Below are positions 37,820 to 49,790 of a stretch of 64,000 nucleotides of DNA, one piece after another. The notes beneath the pieces are model-generated. The model saw nothing but the letters and a program-made list of their open reading frames with translations, was not told the origin of the DNA and made no database searches. Where the stretch lies: positions 33,166 to 97,165 of the forward strand of contig CAVXZB010000006.1 of NCBI GenBank assembly GCA_963765895.1, in the 5' to 3' direction. This DNA is from an uncultured Nitrososphaeraceae archaeon (GTDB lineage: Archaea > Thermoproteota > Nitrososphaeria > Nitrososphaerales > Nitrososphaeraceae). The position numbers and the translations under genes are program-made. Numbering within the stretch: position 1 is the first letter of the stretch; the number at the start of each line of letters is the position of its first letter.

Positions 37820-38029
37820 ATGTTAACTAAGAAAAGTGGTTTGTTGTTACTATGTATTCTATTAGTTACAATAATATTTGCAGGATTTGTGTCTGTGTCG
37901 CTTCTTACTTCGCCCAGTGTAAAGGCACTTCGAAATGACACGTTTACGACACACCCCCAACAAGTAACGGTAGCAGCAGTAATAATACATCAATGTCTAA
38001 AATCTTCCAAAACGCCATCGACAACATAA
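37820..38029 (+). CDS. Small secreted/membrane hypothetical protein
   Basis: Signal-like N-terminus. Confidence 0.4.
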   Translation: MLTKKSGLLLLCILLVTIIFAGFVSVSLLTSPSVKALRNDTFTTHPQQVTVAAVIIHQCLKSSKTPSTT

Positions 38030-38181
38030 GTAAAGGATGAGTGATTAGTGAATTGTTTGAATGTAGGAGTTTTCAGTAATGGATTATGCTTTAATAGCCC
38101 TGGTAATCGGTTGGGAATAGTCCTAGTTTCTCCTTCCTTTATACCTGTGATTAATTTCGGTCTACCTTAAGAGCCGTGGAA

Positions 38182-38397
38182 TTAAGTAAATACCTCTCCA
38201 TATATGTCCATGACTGTTACGCCGTCAACAACTCTATCCTTATAAAACTGTGCACCACTTCTAATGGCTTTAATGAGACCATCTGCCTGCGCTCCTATGA
38301 TTGTGGTTGTATGTTCCATTTTACTGTATAACCATGTTCGTTCCTCTGGTTTCAATTCTGGCCCAGACTGAGAGTTAGACTGAACTTCTAACATCAT
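38182..38397 (-). CDS. Hypothetical protein
   Basis: 71-aa ORF. Confidence 0.45.
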   Translation of the reverse strand: MMLEVQSNSQSGPELKPEERTWLYSKMEHTTTIIGAQADGLIKAIRSGAQFYKDRVVDGVTVMDIYGEVFT

Positions 38398-38601
38398 TTA
38401 AGTACGTCTTTGCATAATGTTTCGTTCCATTTGATGAGTGTATAGTGCGCTTTGCATAAAGGAGCTGCCACATAGTATATTTTGATTGATTGTGTCATAA
38501 AGTAGGACAATATTAGAGACACAAATCACCCAACTAACTAAATAGCGGTACCGCAGTCAAATAGAAAACTACAATAGATACGATGCCTATAGACAGTAAC
38601 A

Positions 38602-38844
38602 GTGCCCAAGATCTGGGTTGACTTAAATGTAACCTACGACTACAGGATTATAGCATACAGACTTGACGATGGTGTAGTTGGTATACTAAAGGATAGCGCT
38701 CTGAACAAAGCCGAACGGACAATCGATTTATACGATTATAGCGGTACAAACTTTTCAGGAGTCTATGGAGAAATTGAGATTGATGAGAGGGACTTTGTAC
38801 CTATTGATAATCAATTACAGGTAGGAAACTGGATGATTAAGTAG
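38602..38844 (+). CDS. Hypothetical protein
   Basis: 80-aa ORF. Confidence 0.5.
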   Translation: MPKIWVDLNVTYDYRIIAYRLDDGVVGILKDSALNKAERTIDLYDYSGTNFSGVYGEIEIDERDFVPIDNQLQVGNWMIK

Positions 38845-39026
38845 GAAACTAGGTGACTGAGTTACGGCCATAATTATTCCATCCGAAGTTTCGCCAGTAA
38901 TAGCAATATTGATAATGCTACCTTACTTTATAGCAGTTGTCGCAACGATCATTTATACAAATAAAGAAACCAGAAAGAGCAATTATGCTGACAATAAAAG
39001 CAATGAAATAATCAGCTATAGTAATA

Positions 39027-39222
39027 ATGACTGAATATTGTTGCCGCGAATTCGAAAAGAGTGTCCAATACGACGACCTCTGCTATTATAGGGCCATAGA
39101 GGATTCACATCGCTCAATAACAAAGACTATCCGTATATACGTAACGCACAATTTGATAGACTAATAGCGTCGTTGGAACCCTTCCAATATTGCTCTTGGT
39201 GTGCTTAGAAGTTAAAGAAATG
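39027..39222 (+). pseudogene. Virus-type small Zn-binding protein remnant
   Basis: MTEYCCREF...FQYCSWCA*KL resembles CC..YCPWCG.KL proteins. Confidence 0.4.
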
Positions 39223-39310
39223 AGTTTTTGTTTATATATAGCCATATGGTACACATAAATAATTCCGTATCTCTAATATAGGACGAAGTAGATATAGACT
39301 TTGTCTAGGT

Positions 39311-39475
39311 ATGCAAAAAACTAACCCAAAGTCGTTTACTGTACGAGCAGATGAAGAGCAGGCTTGGGATATTGAGATTGAAGCAGTCAAGAGTATAAAG
39401 GAAGGTAAGACTAAAATGGTTAGCCAGAGCAGTGAGGAATTTCTAGCAGAACTTAGAGAACTCGAAAACGAATGA
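39311..39475 (+). CDS. Putative type II antitoxin (54 aa, acidic)
   Basis: EAVKSIKEGKTK..SSEEFLAEL, directly upstream of a RelE-like gene. Confidence 0.7.
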   Translation: MQKTNPKSFTVRADEEQAWDIEIEAVKSIKEGKTKMVSQSSEEFLAELRELENE

Positions 39476-39516
39476 ATGAAGGATCAAATATCAAATACAC
39501 TATAAACTAATAGTTA

Positions 39517-39792
39517 ATGACAGATTGGGAATGGATCTTTGTAAAACCTAAAGATTTTAGAGAGCAAGTATTAAGATTACCTCCATCAGTTAGAAGAAAC
39601 CTCACTTCGGTTATGACTTTATTGAGCGAATCTCCTAATCCTCTTGTTTACGGTAGAAAGAAAACTACAAAATATGGTGAGTTTTATGCCCTAAAGTTAG
39701 ATAACACATATCGCCTATCTTATACTGTCCAAAGTTTTAAGGAGAAAAAAATAGTGATATACAGAGTTGGCGACCATAACTTTATCTATTGA
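39517..39792 (+). CDS. RelE/ParE-superfamily toxin
   Basis: 91 aa, basic; NP..G..YALKL..YRLSY..IVIYRVGDH..IY. Confidence 0.8.
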   Translation: MTDWEWIFVKPKDFREQVLRLPPSVRRNLTSVMTLLSESPNPLVYGRKKTTKYGEFYALKLDNTYRLSYTVQSFKEKKIVIYRVGDHNFIY

Positions 39793-40745
39793 AAGAAATG
39801 AAGCGTCTATAAATTGGAGTGACACTACTTTATTTAGATACTACAATTAGACTACTTTCCTTTTAGTCCTACGCCAATTTTCTAGCCTTAGTTTTTGATT
39901 TTTACGTTCCATGTCATTTAGGACTAGAAAGGTGCAGTGGAATAACGTTTTCAGTTCTTCTGTCTCATACCTGGATACTATATCAATAATTTTATCGATA
40001 AATCTGTCTGAAATCTTTTGACTTTCAAGGTTAGTGATATATGCTTATGCTATATCTGTTTCCCTTTTCACAAAATCTCTAATTTTACCCAATCGCATAT
40101 TTTTGTCTATATTCATACTGCAATAATCAGATATCTGCATGCTTTTCGATCTTGCTATATATTCTTCATTGATGATAGCAACAACTCCTCCACGTCCTTC
40201 TTTATATCATTTATTGAGAGTGGCATCGCCATGGGATTAATGCCTCATCTAAAATGTTAAGTATTCAACTCAAAATCGATTCACTCAATTATTCATAAGA
40301 TATTGACAATGAGCACATTAAACAAGAAGGTTGGGTTTCGTCTGGCACATGAACGATCGAATGAGCGAGCCAAATTCAAGTATACATGTTATTTTACTTT
40401 TGCACCAGACTAAGCCGAACCAGGAGAACAGGTCTTATCTTACCTATCCGCCATTCTACCACCGTTCCACCACAAACATATGGCAATTATACTATCACTA
40501 GATATTTTTTAAATAGTAGGTATACAATGTATTACGACTAAGATGCTATCTACAATGGTCCCATTTTTGAACGGCCTGAATGATCTCCTTCGACAGTCAC
40601 GAAATGAGCACGAACTTATAAAGCGGTGATCGGTCGGAGTATATAAAGAAAAACCAGTATTTCTGGTTTACATACCTCTTTGTCTTCTCTGGCCAAAAGA
40701 CATCGATATATTTATCCATTTAAAAAATAGTTAGAGTTTCTAACC

Positions 40746-40908
40746 TATCCTACCATATCATAGTATGTCTTAACTATCCTGGTGGGACGTTCGGCGATCC
40801 AGTGCCTCAGCCATTTCTACCCTACTATAGTTCGTCTTAAATTGACAGAGGCATTCTGGAAACACAGTTCAACTTCCAGTTTTTACCCTACTCTAGTTCG
40901 TCTTAAAC
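40746..40908 (-). CRISPR. Mini CRISPR array A: 3 repeats (1 degenerate), 2 spacers
   Basis: 30-bp repeats 40813-40842 and 40879-40908 (minus-strand consensus GTTTAAGACGAACTATAGTAGGGTAGAAAY); degenerate copy 40746-40774; 36-38-bp spacers; AT-rich leader-like DNA after 40908. Confidence 0.8.
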
Positions 40909-40979
40909 CCTATCAAATCACGCTTAATCTCTTATATTAGTCTATAAAATAATAAGTCAACCTCGATCATGTCTGTTCT

Positions 40980-42800
40980 TTATATATGTCCAATCAAAGA
41001 GGTAAACCTATCGTTAAGGTCTAGTCCTACCTCCTTGTCATACCTACAACCAACTAAGACCATAGGATCTCTGTCGTTATTCTCTGTTTTGATTATCATG
41101 TTATTTTCGAATAGCTCAGACAGTTTATAGCTTGGAACAGGTACGCATAGATCATTAGCCTCTGTCGTTAGTTTCTCATGCTTTAGTCGGTTGTATTTCT
41201 CTTGTAGCTGTTTGGGTAATAGTTCGGTTGTCACTTCCTTATCGTCTAGAACTTGGTCAATCCAGCCTTGATTTGTCCCCGCTGTAAGGTATTTGCTAAA
41301 GTATTTTAGTTTCTCGTATTCTAATCCAGCCTCGTAGTCCTTCCTATCTTTCCCCTCGTAGCCGTTACCATACACAGAATCGGCGGCTTTGTTTAGGTCT
41401 TACTCTGATAGTGGGGAAGGCGGTGAGGATAATACTACTAATGATTTATTCCATAGCGCTTTACTGTATACATGGTTATCCTCGCTGTACTGATCAATGA
41501 ATATTCGTACTGTTGCCGGTTTTTCCTGCCTGCCACGCCTGTTTGTTCTTCCCATACGTTGGGCTATAGGTCTATGGGTGCGGGTTCGGTAAAGCCTTGC
41601 TCGAAATCTTGGTCTAATGATATCTCTACGACCTGAGTAGCGACTAATACTTTAGGTAACTGCTTGAGTAATGACTGTTCGAGTTCATTCCTGTCTTGCC
41701 TTGTAAACCTAGAATGTAATAGGACCGTGCCTTTTACCTTATCCTTGAGTACTCTGTACGCTGGTTGGGCTGTATCGACATGGTTACAGGCTACTAGGGT
41801 ATACTCCGTTTTGTTGGACTCTTTATCAGGTCTATGTTATCCATGATGTTACCCTCTATAGGTTCGATAGCATGCCACTGCTGTTCCAGTATTTTCCTAT
41901 TGCTCTCATTATCATAGGAAGGTTCTATGAACTCGATACCTGGTATTCCCTTTCTACTAATTTAGGCAAGAACGTCGGTAGTATTGCAGTAATAAACATA
42001 CATCTAGCCCTATGCCCTATCAAGTATCGAACGTTGCCATCATTAAGCCAGTTAGCTTGGGATTATACGCGTGTATCTCGTCAAAGATAAACACAGAGTT
42101 AGGAAACTCCGATAACACAGACTCCCAGCCTTTACCTTGTAGTGAATAACGAAGGATCTGGTGAGGCATACATACCTTGATAGGAAAGTACATTTCTCGC
42201 ACTAGTGAGGCTAAATTTCTAGCGTTTGCTTGGTTTTCTATAGCATTATCTAATTCGAACATAGAGTATAACGCGCTTGCTCTTCTGGAATGTAGGAGTC
42301 CAACCAAACTGTTACTGTTATCATTACACGAGCCTTTTATCCGTAGGTACTTGGCATTAATTGAGGCAGCCGTAGGTAGTGCCTAGAATAGCCTTCAGTT
42401 ATGTTCTTGGTTTAGCTGTGCCCATAATAGCGCTCGCCTCGGTCTTACCTGAGTCTGTAGGAGCTCGTAGTATTAGATTACCCTCATGTTTTGCTGTCGC
42501 TATTTGAAAGCCACGAAGGGCCTAGGATGTTAGTATAAAGTCCTTTAGTCATGGAATAAAAGCGGGTAAATACTTTGCCCTTAGTAGCCGAAGCAATATG
42601 ATCCGCTGACATCATAAGGCCGCGTAGGAGTGAAAAATAGACTCTATTCTAGTACTGAAATTGCCTAGCTTGACGATTCCTATCTATCCACTTTGTCATA
42701 GCGTCAGATAATTGTGATAGACTTAACGGCTTGATAAGCAAGTCATGCCGCCCTTTATATTCGCAAATCTGTTGTCATCAGCCTCACTCTCGTTGATTAA
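40980..42800 (-). pseudogene. cas3: CRISPR-associated helicase Cas3 (type I), multiply disrupted and 5'-truncated
   Basis: ADHIAS, LRAPTDSGKTE, LLHS, FIFDEIHAY, LHSRF, VATQVVEISLD, QRMGRTNRRG. Confidence 0.9.
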
Positions 42801-42807
42801 GTGCTTT

Positions 42808-43033
42808 GTTTAAGACGTACTATAATAGGGTAGAAACGCATGAGGTTCGTACACTTCGATGCCGGAATTAGTCAGTTTAAGGCGTACTATAATAGGGTAG
42901 AACCTACAGGGTACGCATGGACATTTACACGGTAGCTATGTTTAAGATGAACTATAGGGTAGAAACGCATGAGGTTGGTACACTTCGATGCCGGAATTAG
43001 TCAGTTTAAGGTGTACTATAATAGGGTAAAATA
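42808..43033 (+). CRISPR. Mini CRISPR array B: 4 repeats, 3 spacers
   Basis: GTTTAAGACGTACTATAATAGGGTAGAAAC-like at 42808, 42875, 42940 (3-bp deletion), 43004; spacers 37/35/37 bp. Confidence 0.92.
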
Positions 43034-43402
43034 CAACATACGTGTAGAGTCGATGGCTACTCAGACACTTTCATTCCTATGAGGTCTTGAGCAAGGAGGA
43101 AAGAGTGTATATATGACTAGTGGTGCCATGATCAGATTGTTGCTCTACTAGAGTAACGCCACCTGACAAAAATGTCATGTTTACTATCATTTATTGTCAT
43201 TTACAAATCTTTATTATTAGTAACAGCCTGACAAGTTCTCTTGCTAAGCCGGATGCAGGTTTTGGCAGGGTATGGCCCCCTATCCATCCAGGCCTTGCCA
43301 TTGGTAGAAGCCTGTAACGCTATTAAACTAAAATTAAAATTAAAAATTAAAGATAAAGATGATTACCACATAACGCAATAGTCTATTTCTAGGAAGTTAT
43401 TA

Positions 43403-44474
43403 TACCAATTAAGATAGGTTCTCTGACACATTACAAGTGAGATAATTTCTCATATTCAGATTGAAATGGTTAGTTCTAAAGTACTGTCCTATCCTAGCTC
43501 TAAATTCTACATCTGACTGGATAATATCTTACTACTAGCAGATCATCCTTGGATATATTCAAGCACTCTTATAGTACCATGTATTCTGGTGATGCCGCTG
43601 GAAGATAGACAGACTGATTTTAGCTTATCTCTGTGTTCTTTCAAGTACTTTCTTACTTTATGAGATCTATAATGTTGAGGTGCTTTATCTAGGAATAGGT
43701 AACACTTCGGGAATTTATAATGTACATGCCTGCTTTAGGAATTCATAGAACGTATTCTCGTTAAACTTTTCATATTGTCTGAATAACTGCTTTCCATGCT
43801 AATAGCTCCAAACATATAGAAACTCCTGTGTGAACCTGTAATTGTAACTATAGGTCAGGAGTCTTTATAAATCCATACTCTTCTAACAAGAGAATCAAAC
43901 AAGAAAAATGATTCATCCAGTGATACTGTGGTAAAATCCTTAGGTAAACAGTCTAGTATCTTCTGTGCTCTTTTTTTAAACTGCTTTTTCTCCTTTTGTG
44001 ATGCAGTATTAACGTCCACTTTTCTAGGTACTTTCTGTTTGAATCCCCATTTATGAAACAGTGTATAGATATAGATTTGATGGTAGTGTACATTTCCTTC
44101 TTTTAATATCATTTCATTTATCTGCTGTGCTGTCCACCCATGTTTTCTTTCCTTTCGTTTCTTCCTTACTTTAACAGCAACGTCCAGGTAGTTTGGATGG
44201 TCTTCCACTCTTAGACCTATTCTCTAGTCTATCGACACCTTCCTTACGATATCTTGCAAGCCAGTCAGAAGTCCATGTTCTACTTCTATGCAGATCCTTT
44301 GTAACATGAGCTGGAATCCTTCCTTCGTTTACCTTCGACTTTGAGAACAAGTAATAGTCTCTCCTTTAGTCTTGCTCGTGATTCCTTCCTGTACCCAGTT
44401 TCTAATTCTCCTCTACTAAGAGTCAAGACTCATTCAGGAAGCAGATCAATTAACAAAGCTTATCTTAATTGGTC
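43403..44474 (-). mobile_element. IS630-family element with decayed transposase
   Basis: TIR (T/G)ACCAATTAAGATA flanked by TA on both sides; GWTAQQI..WGFKQKVPR, LDESFF, FLDKAPQH. Confidence 0.88.
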
Positions 44475-44774
44475 TAATTAATTAGCTAACTTTTTGTCAT
44501 TTTTAGCCGTTATTTGGTTAACTCACTTTAGTATAAACCCGATACTTATAACGTTCCTAATTAGGATTCGGGAACAAAAAATTTACTACTTTCATGATAT
44601 ATGTGGAATTACTGTTACAGTTATTAATATTTATTATATTAACGAATTATGAATTTGCCTAATATGCAGAGAAACAAGATGGATACCATAGAGAGAGGAT
44701 TAAATATTTAATTTAGATTCAGAATTCGATCAAGAATTAACTAGCCTATTAAGTACTCATTATTTTAAACATTA

Positions 44775-45194
44775 TTATTTTAGATCTCTGATATTCTTGT
44801 AATTTTCTATAATCCTTATTCTTTCCTCAAAGCCGGGGCTATATTCACCTTTCTGGCCTGAAGGCGAGCTCTTAAAGGACTCTAATCCCTTTGTATATTC
44901 ATCTCCTCTAGGTGATTCATCTCCATATACATGCTTTGAATGAACTTCTTCCTCATTTATCAAAAGCCACAGATGCTTTCCATCATATGCATCAGCAGTA
45001 TACTTTGGAATCCAGAACTTGTCTTTCTTTATTGAACCCTTCTCTAAACGAATATAGTTATCAGATATATCTTTAATTTCTCCAATATCTTTTCCGTCAT
45101 TTGTTATCACTTTTTTACCTTTAAGCATGCTCCATAAAATAGTAGGACCTATTCTACTGCCACTTTCATCACCAACATCAGCATCTGAAGACAT
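44775..45194 (-). CDS. PRC-barrel-like single-domain protein
   Basis: LKGKKVITNDGKDIGEIKDI..FWIPKY..YDG. Confidence 0.8.
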   Translation of the reverse strand: MSSDADVGDESGSRIGPTILWSMLKGKKVITNDGKDIGEIKDISDNYIRLEKGSIKKDKFWIPKYTADAYDGKHLWLLINEEEVHSKHVYGDESPRGDEYTKGLESFKSSPSGQKGEYSPGFEERIRIIENYKNIRDLK

Positions 45195-45385
45195 TAATAT
45201 ACATGATCTTTATTGTAACTATGCCTAATGAATGTTATATATTCTCTAAATGCTAATTCTGATATGCGTGGACTATTGACATTATCAATAATAGTCGATA
45301 ATCGATCAATCAATAATCTGTTTGTATGTTTGTCTGTAACTGATAAATCCTATATGGTGAAGTAATGGATTGGTAAGAAAAAATA

Positions 45386-46478
45386 TTGTCCGATATAATT
45401 TCATGGGATAAAGCTATTGACAAAAAAGTCAAGTCTAAAGACGATAAGGATCTGGGTAAAATTCAATCTATAACCAATGAATATATTCAGACAAAGGATG
45501 GAACAATAAGTAAGAATTATTATTATATTCCCAAATACTATATGGAAGGATATGATGGAGATCATCTATGGGTATCTCTTACAAAGGATGAAGTAAAGAC
45601 TAGATTTGAAAAAGAAAATGCTCCTTCTTCAGTAGAATTTGAAACACCAGAATATAATGAAAGACGAACCACGGTACAAAAACAGTATCCAGATTTTGCC
45701 ACTAATATTCCCAGCTATACAACGACAGGTAGTAGTAGCGCTGCTCCAAGTTCACAAGGAAAACAACAACAACAACAACAACAAGAAAATATGGTAGGCA
45801 TGAGTTGGGATAATGTCATTGATAAAGAAGTCAAATCTGCAGATAAACAAGATTTAGGCAAAGTCGAAAGTATAGCTAAACACTATGTTGAAATAAAAGA
45901 GGGAACAATATCAAAAAAACATTACTTTATTCCAAAATACTATATCCAAGGATACGATGGACACAAGTTATGGGTTTCACTAACAAAAGATGAAATTAAA
46001 CACAAGTATGAAAGAGAAAATCCTCCACTAGAATCAGAGTTTGAAACATCAGAATATCTAGAACATAAACGACAGATGGATACCCAATATCCTCAATTCT
46101 TACATGGTATCCCATGGATGGCCAAAGAACCCGGAGTGGCATTACAGACACCTGTTACACATGAGCCGCTACACATAGCCTGGGAACAGGTGGTACACAA
46201 GCGTGTCATGACAAGTGATACTATTGATATAGGTGATGTTGACCAAGTTGGAAATGGATTCATTGTAGTAAGACAGGGAGTAGCAAAGTCAACTCTATAC
46301 TATATCCCTAAATCCTATATTGACAACTACGATGGGAGTTGCTTGGTACGTAGCGGTACCAAGTGGATTAGTTGCTGCCAAGTTTGCAAGAGATACTGAC
46401 CCTACACCAGAAGAGTTGGAAAGATTAGGACAAGAAAAGCCTGGTAAATCTACTGCTGGAAGTACTGTAACAGAGTAA
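45386..46478 (+). CDS. Protein with three PRC-barrel-like repeats; +1 frameshift near C-terminus (~46345)
   Basis: Three W...I.K.V.S.D..DLG...YYIPK....YDG units; poly-Q linker. Confidence 0.8.
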
Positions 46479-46769
46479 TATCCAAGTCTAAATTGTAGCG
46501 AGACGCAATACAAAGAATATTTGCATATAAATAAATGATTACTAGAAAACCCTACTGTCTATTATCTTAACATATTCAGAATCAACTCTGATAGTGAGAA
46601 TGTCAAAAGGATTCTGGAGAAAATACGCGTCGTGGCACTCTATTCTTTTCCTACATTCACTTTAACGTAAATAAGATATAGAATTATTAGAATAAATGGA
46701 TAAAAGAAAAAACCTACTTTATATTTGCATATATCATGAGAAACGGAAACAGAATGGGGAACTTGTGAT

Positions 46770-48133
46770 ATGAAAGTGAAAAAAATAAATGCAGATAAAG
46801 ACAGTAACAATGACAAAGGCATTTTGTTAAATAACAAACAATCAAAGTTCTCGTCTACCAAAGAAAAACTCAAGTCTTTGGGTCCGGGACTGATAACGGG
46901 AGCATCCGATGATGACCCTTCCGGCATAGCAACATTTTCTCAGGCCGGAGCACAGTTTGGCTTTGGAATGTTATGGATGGCGTTATTTCAATATCCCATG
47001 ATGACGGTCATTCAGGAAATATGTGCAAGGATAGGTCTTGTGACAGGTAGTGGATTGGGAGGAATATTAAAAAAGAAATATTCAAAAAAAATTCTTATTC
47101 CACTTTCTGGCCTTGTGCTTATTGCAAATACAATAAACATCGCAGCTGATATTGCTGCCATGGGTGGCAGCTGTCAGACTCTTGATTCCTCAGGTACCGA
47201 TTTTTATTACTACAATTCTTTTTGTAATATTTATCGTTGGATTGGAGATCGTCGTCCCATATCAAAAATATATGAAAATTCTGAAGTATACTGCTCTCTC
47301 TCTGTTATCATATATTATTACTGCAATAATTGTTGGAGGCGAGCTGGAGTCAAATATTGACTTTCAGTGTAATTCCACATATCGAGATTAAACCAGAATT
47401 CGCAACAATGTTTGTTGCCATAATTGGTACTTCTATATCACCATATTTATTCTTCTGGCAGGCATCAGAAGAAGCTGAAGAGGATGTTGCTAAGCAAAAA
47501 ATTAAGGAAATCGGTAAGGGCAATCCAGAGGTAACAAAAAAAGAAATAAAATTAATGCGAATAGATATCGCAGTAGGAATTGCTTTTGCAGAGTTAATTG
47601 TTTGGGCAATTGTGATAACTACAGCTGGAAGTCTTCATACTCATGGAGTAACGGATATACAGTCATCAGAACAAGCTGCAAAAGCGTTGGAACCACTTGT
47701 AAAGACTTTTCCTCACGCAGGTGAAATTGCAAAGGCAATATTTGCATTTGGTATAATTGGTACTGGATTACTAGCAATACCTGTGTTGGCCGGTTCTTCA
47801 GGTTATATATTGGCAGATACTTTTGGATGGAAACAAGGCCTGAACAAAAAATTTAAACAGGCCAAAGCATTTTACATAGTTATAGCCGCCGCCACTTCAA
47901 TAGGCTTGCTAATTAACTTTGTAAATATCGATCCTATAAGAGCATTAGTATATGCCGCAGTTATAAACGCCATTACTTCTATTCCTATTCTTTTCGCTGT
48001 ATTGAAAATATCAAATGATAAGAATTTTCTCAAGACCGAAACGAATGGAAAATTATCAAATACTATCGGGTGGATAACCTTTATTGTAATGGGTATTTCA
48101 GTAATTATTATGTTTATTACATGGGGCAAGTGA
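46770..48133 (+). pseudogene. Nramp-family divalent metal transporter, two +1 frameshifts (47167, 47341; possibly artefacts)
   Basis: GPGLITGASDDDPSGIATFSQAGAQFG, GTSISPYLFFWQ. Confidence 0.88.
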
Positions 48134-48340
48134 CAATATTTAACAATACGATAGGATTTATGAGATAAACAGATGGAAGTCATTTGCAGAGAGGGAACAT
48201 GGCAATCTCTACAGTGGTAAAAGTTGAAATGATGAAAAGCGAAAGATATACATCGAATTTGGTAGAATATGAGTGGGATGCCTATAAAGTAAAGAAGTAT
48301 CGTTTATTACCTTTATATCCTATAGATTATGTAGTATTGT

Positions 48341-48973
48341 ATGATATTTAACAAATTGAGTGTTAGAAATAAAAGTAAATCTAGATCGACGCAGGTTACG
48401 ATGTTGTTGCCGTTGTTGGTTACAGCAATGCTTATATTTGCAACATCTTTTCAGGGGGTATCGGCTCAGAATCAATCGTCTGCGAACACAAGTAATAATG
48501 ACAATAAAACAAATCTTAATACATCTGGTAAGACTGTGGTAATTCCACAAGGTAATAAAGCGACAATCATAGCAAATCCTACAACCGCTGGTCAGACTAA
48601 GAATACACAGGGTAATAATCGGACTGGCTTTACTTCTGTTTCTAACTTTGTTGTAAAAGATAAGACGTTCCCAATAAAATATAACATAACGAAGGGAAAA
48701 CTTTTAGGAATTGTTGGTGACAAAGATAAGACGACCATGATTTTCCTATTAGGTGGCACCTCGGATAATGGTAAATTAACAGTTGAACTCCCACGAAATG
48801 TACTTGATGCAAAAAGTCAGGGAAATACTGACACCAAATATCATGTCAAGATTGATAACAAGGATGTGGATTATAAAGAAGTTGGAACTAACCTTAATGC
48901 TAGAATATTACAGATCGACTTTAGCAAAGATGATAGAATGATGGAAATAGCAGGTACTCAGATGGCATCCTAG
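48341..48973 (+). CDS. Secreted protein with domain like thaumarchaeal PEFG-CTERM proteins
   Basis: Signal peptide, N/T-rich linker, GKLTVELPRNVLDAK..RILQIDF..EIAGT. Confidence 0.75.
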   Translation: MIFNKLSVRNKSKSRSTQVTMLLPLLVTAMLIFATSFQGVSAQNQSSANTSNNDNKTNLNTSGKTVVIPQGNKATIIANPTTAGQTKNTQGNNRTGFTSVSNFVVKDKTFPIKYNITKGKLLGIVGDKDKTTMIFLLGGTSDNGKLTVELPRNVLDAKSQGNTDTKYHVKIDNKDVDYKEVGTNLNARILQIDFSKDDRMMEIAGTQMAS

Positions 48974-49165
48974 TCAAATAATCAAGTATATCCCCCATGT
49001 TTCTGTTTACGACGAGCTATAATAGTTAATACCAGAAAAAATAATATGATGGTAGGATTTGGATAGCATCATACTACGAGATTAGATCTATGAGAATGTA
49101 CAAGTGATGTAAGAATCCATTGAATAGACAATTAGACCATAATACACGCGTATTAGAAAACTATA

Positions 49166-49790
49166 ATGAGAAAATACCGGAAGGATAAGAGCGAGACAGA
49201 AAAGGATTCATCAGCAAGTAATGCTGACTTGCTGATGAGAACACGCATATCTTTTCTGATAACTTCCAGTTTAGTTATAATATTTGCGGTTAGCTATGGC
49301 TACCTAGAGTATTATTATATAAACGATCCCGTACAAGGCAAGACTGCCAATCTTACAGTAAAATCTGGCACTCATCGTGTGGCTACTCCTGTAATAGCCG
49401 GTCTCTACTCCTACCACATATTTCCTATGATAGTGATATTCATTCTAGTTGGTTTTGGCCCCTTCTTTGACAGTATTAGCTTTAATATACTTGGTAGACA
49501 TGAAAGGAGAAAAGCTGCGTCTTTGGGAATTGCAAATGTATTATCAGCTATCCTAGTAGAGGATTTTACATGGTTTTTTATAGATGATGGCTACCACTTG
49601 ATAATGATCCTAAGAGGGGACTACTCATTCAGGCATCAGATTGGACAACAAAGAATTTTGGTGGGTTACACCTACCTCATGTAGATCCATTTGGAAGCTT
49701 TGTTATACCATATTGGTACATTATTGTTATCATGATTGCTGGTATCTTTTATTACTTTGCCTATAAAAGGTCTACTAGACGAATATCATA
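49166..49790 (+). pseudogene. Membrane protein, frameshift in T-run ~49578
   Basis: TM segments, VEDFTWF then frame change; 3' end approximate. Confidence 0.55.

Noticed and set aside
39859-39932. 13-bp imperfect inverted repeat downstream of the toxin
   Set aside because: Long loop, single occurrence; could be chance
37735-43205. TGACAA-rich motifs at ~37740 and ~43165-43200 as transposon or casposon ends
   Set aside because: Similarity weak and AT-rich; no TSD or transposase
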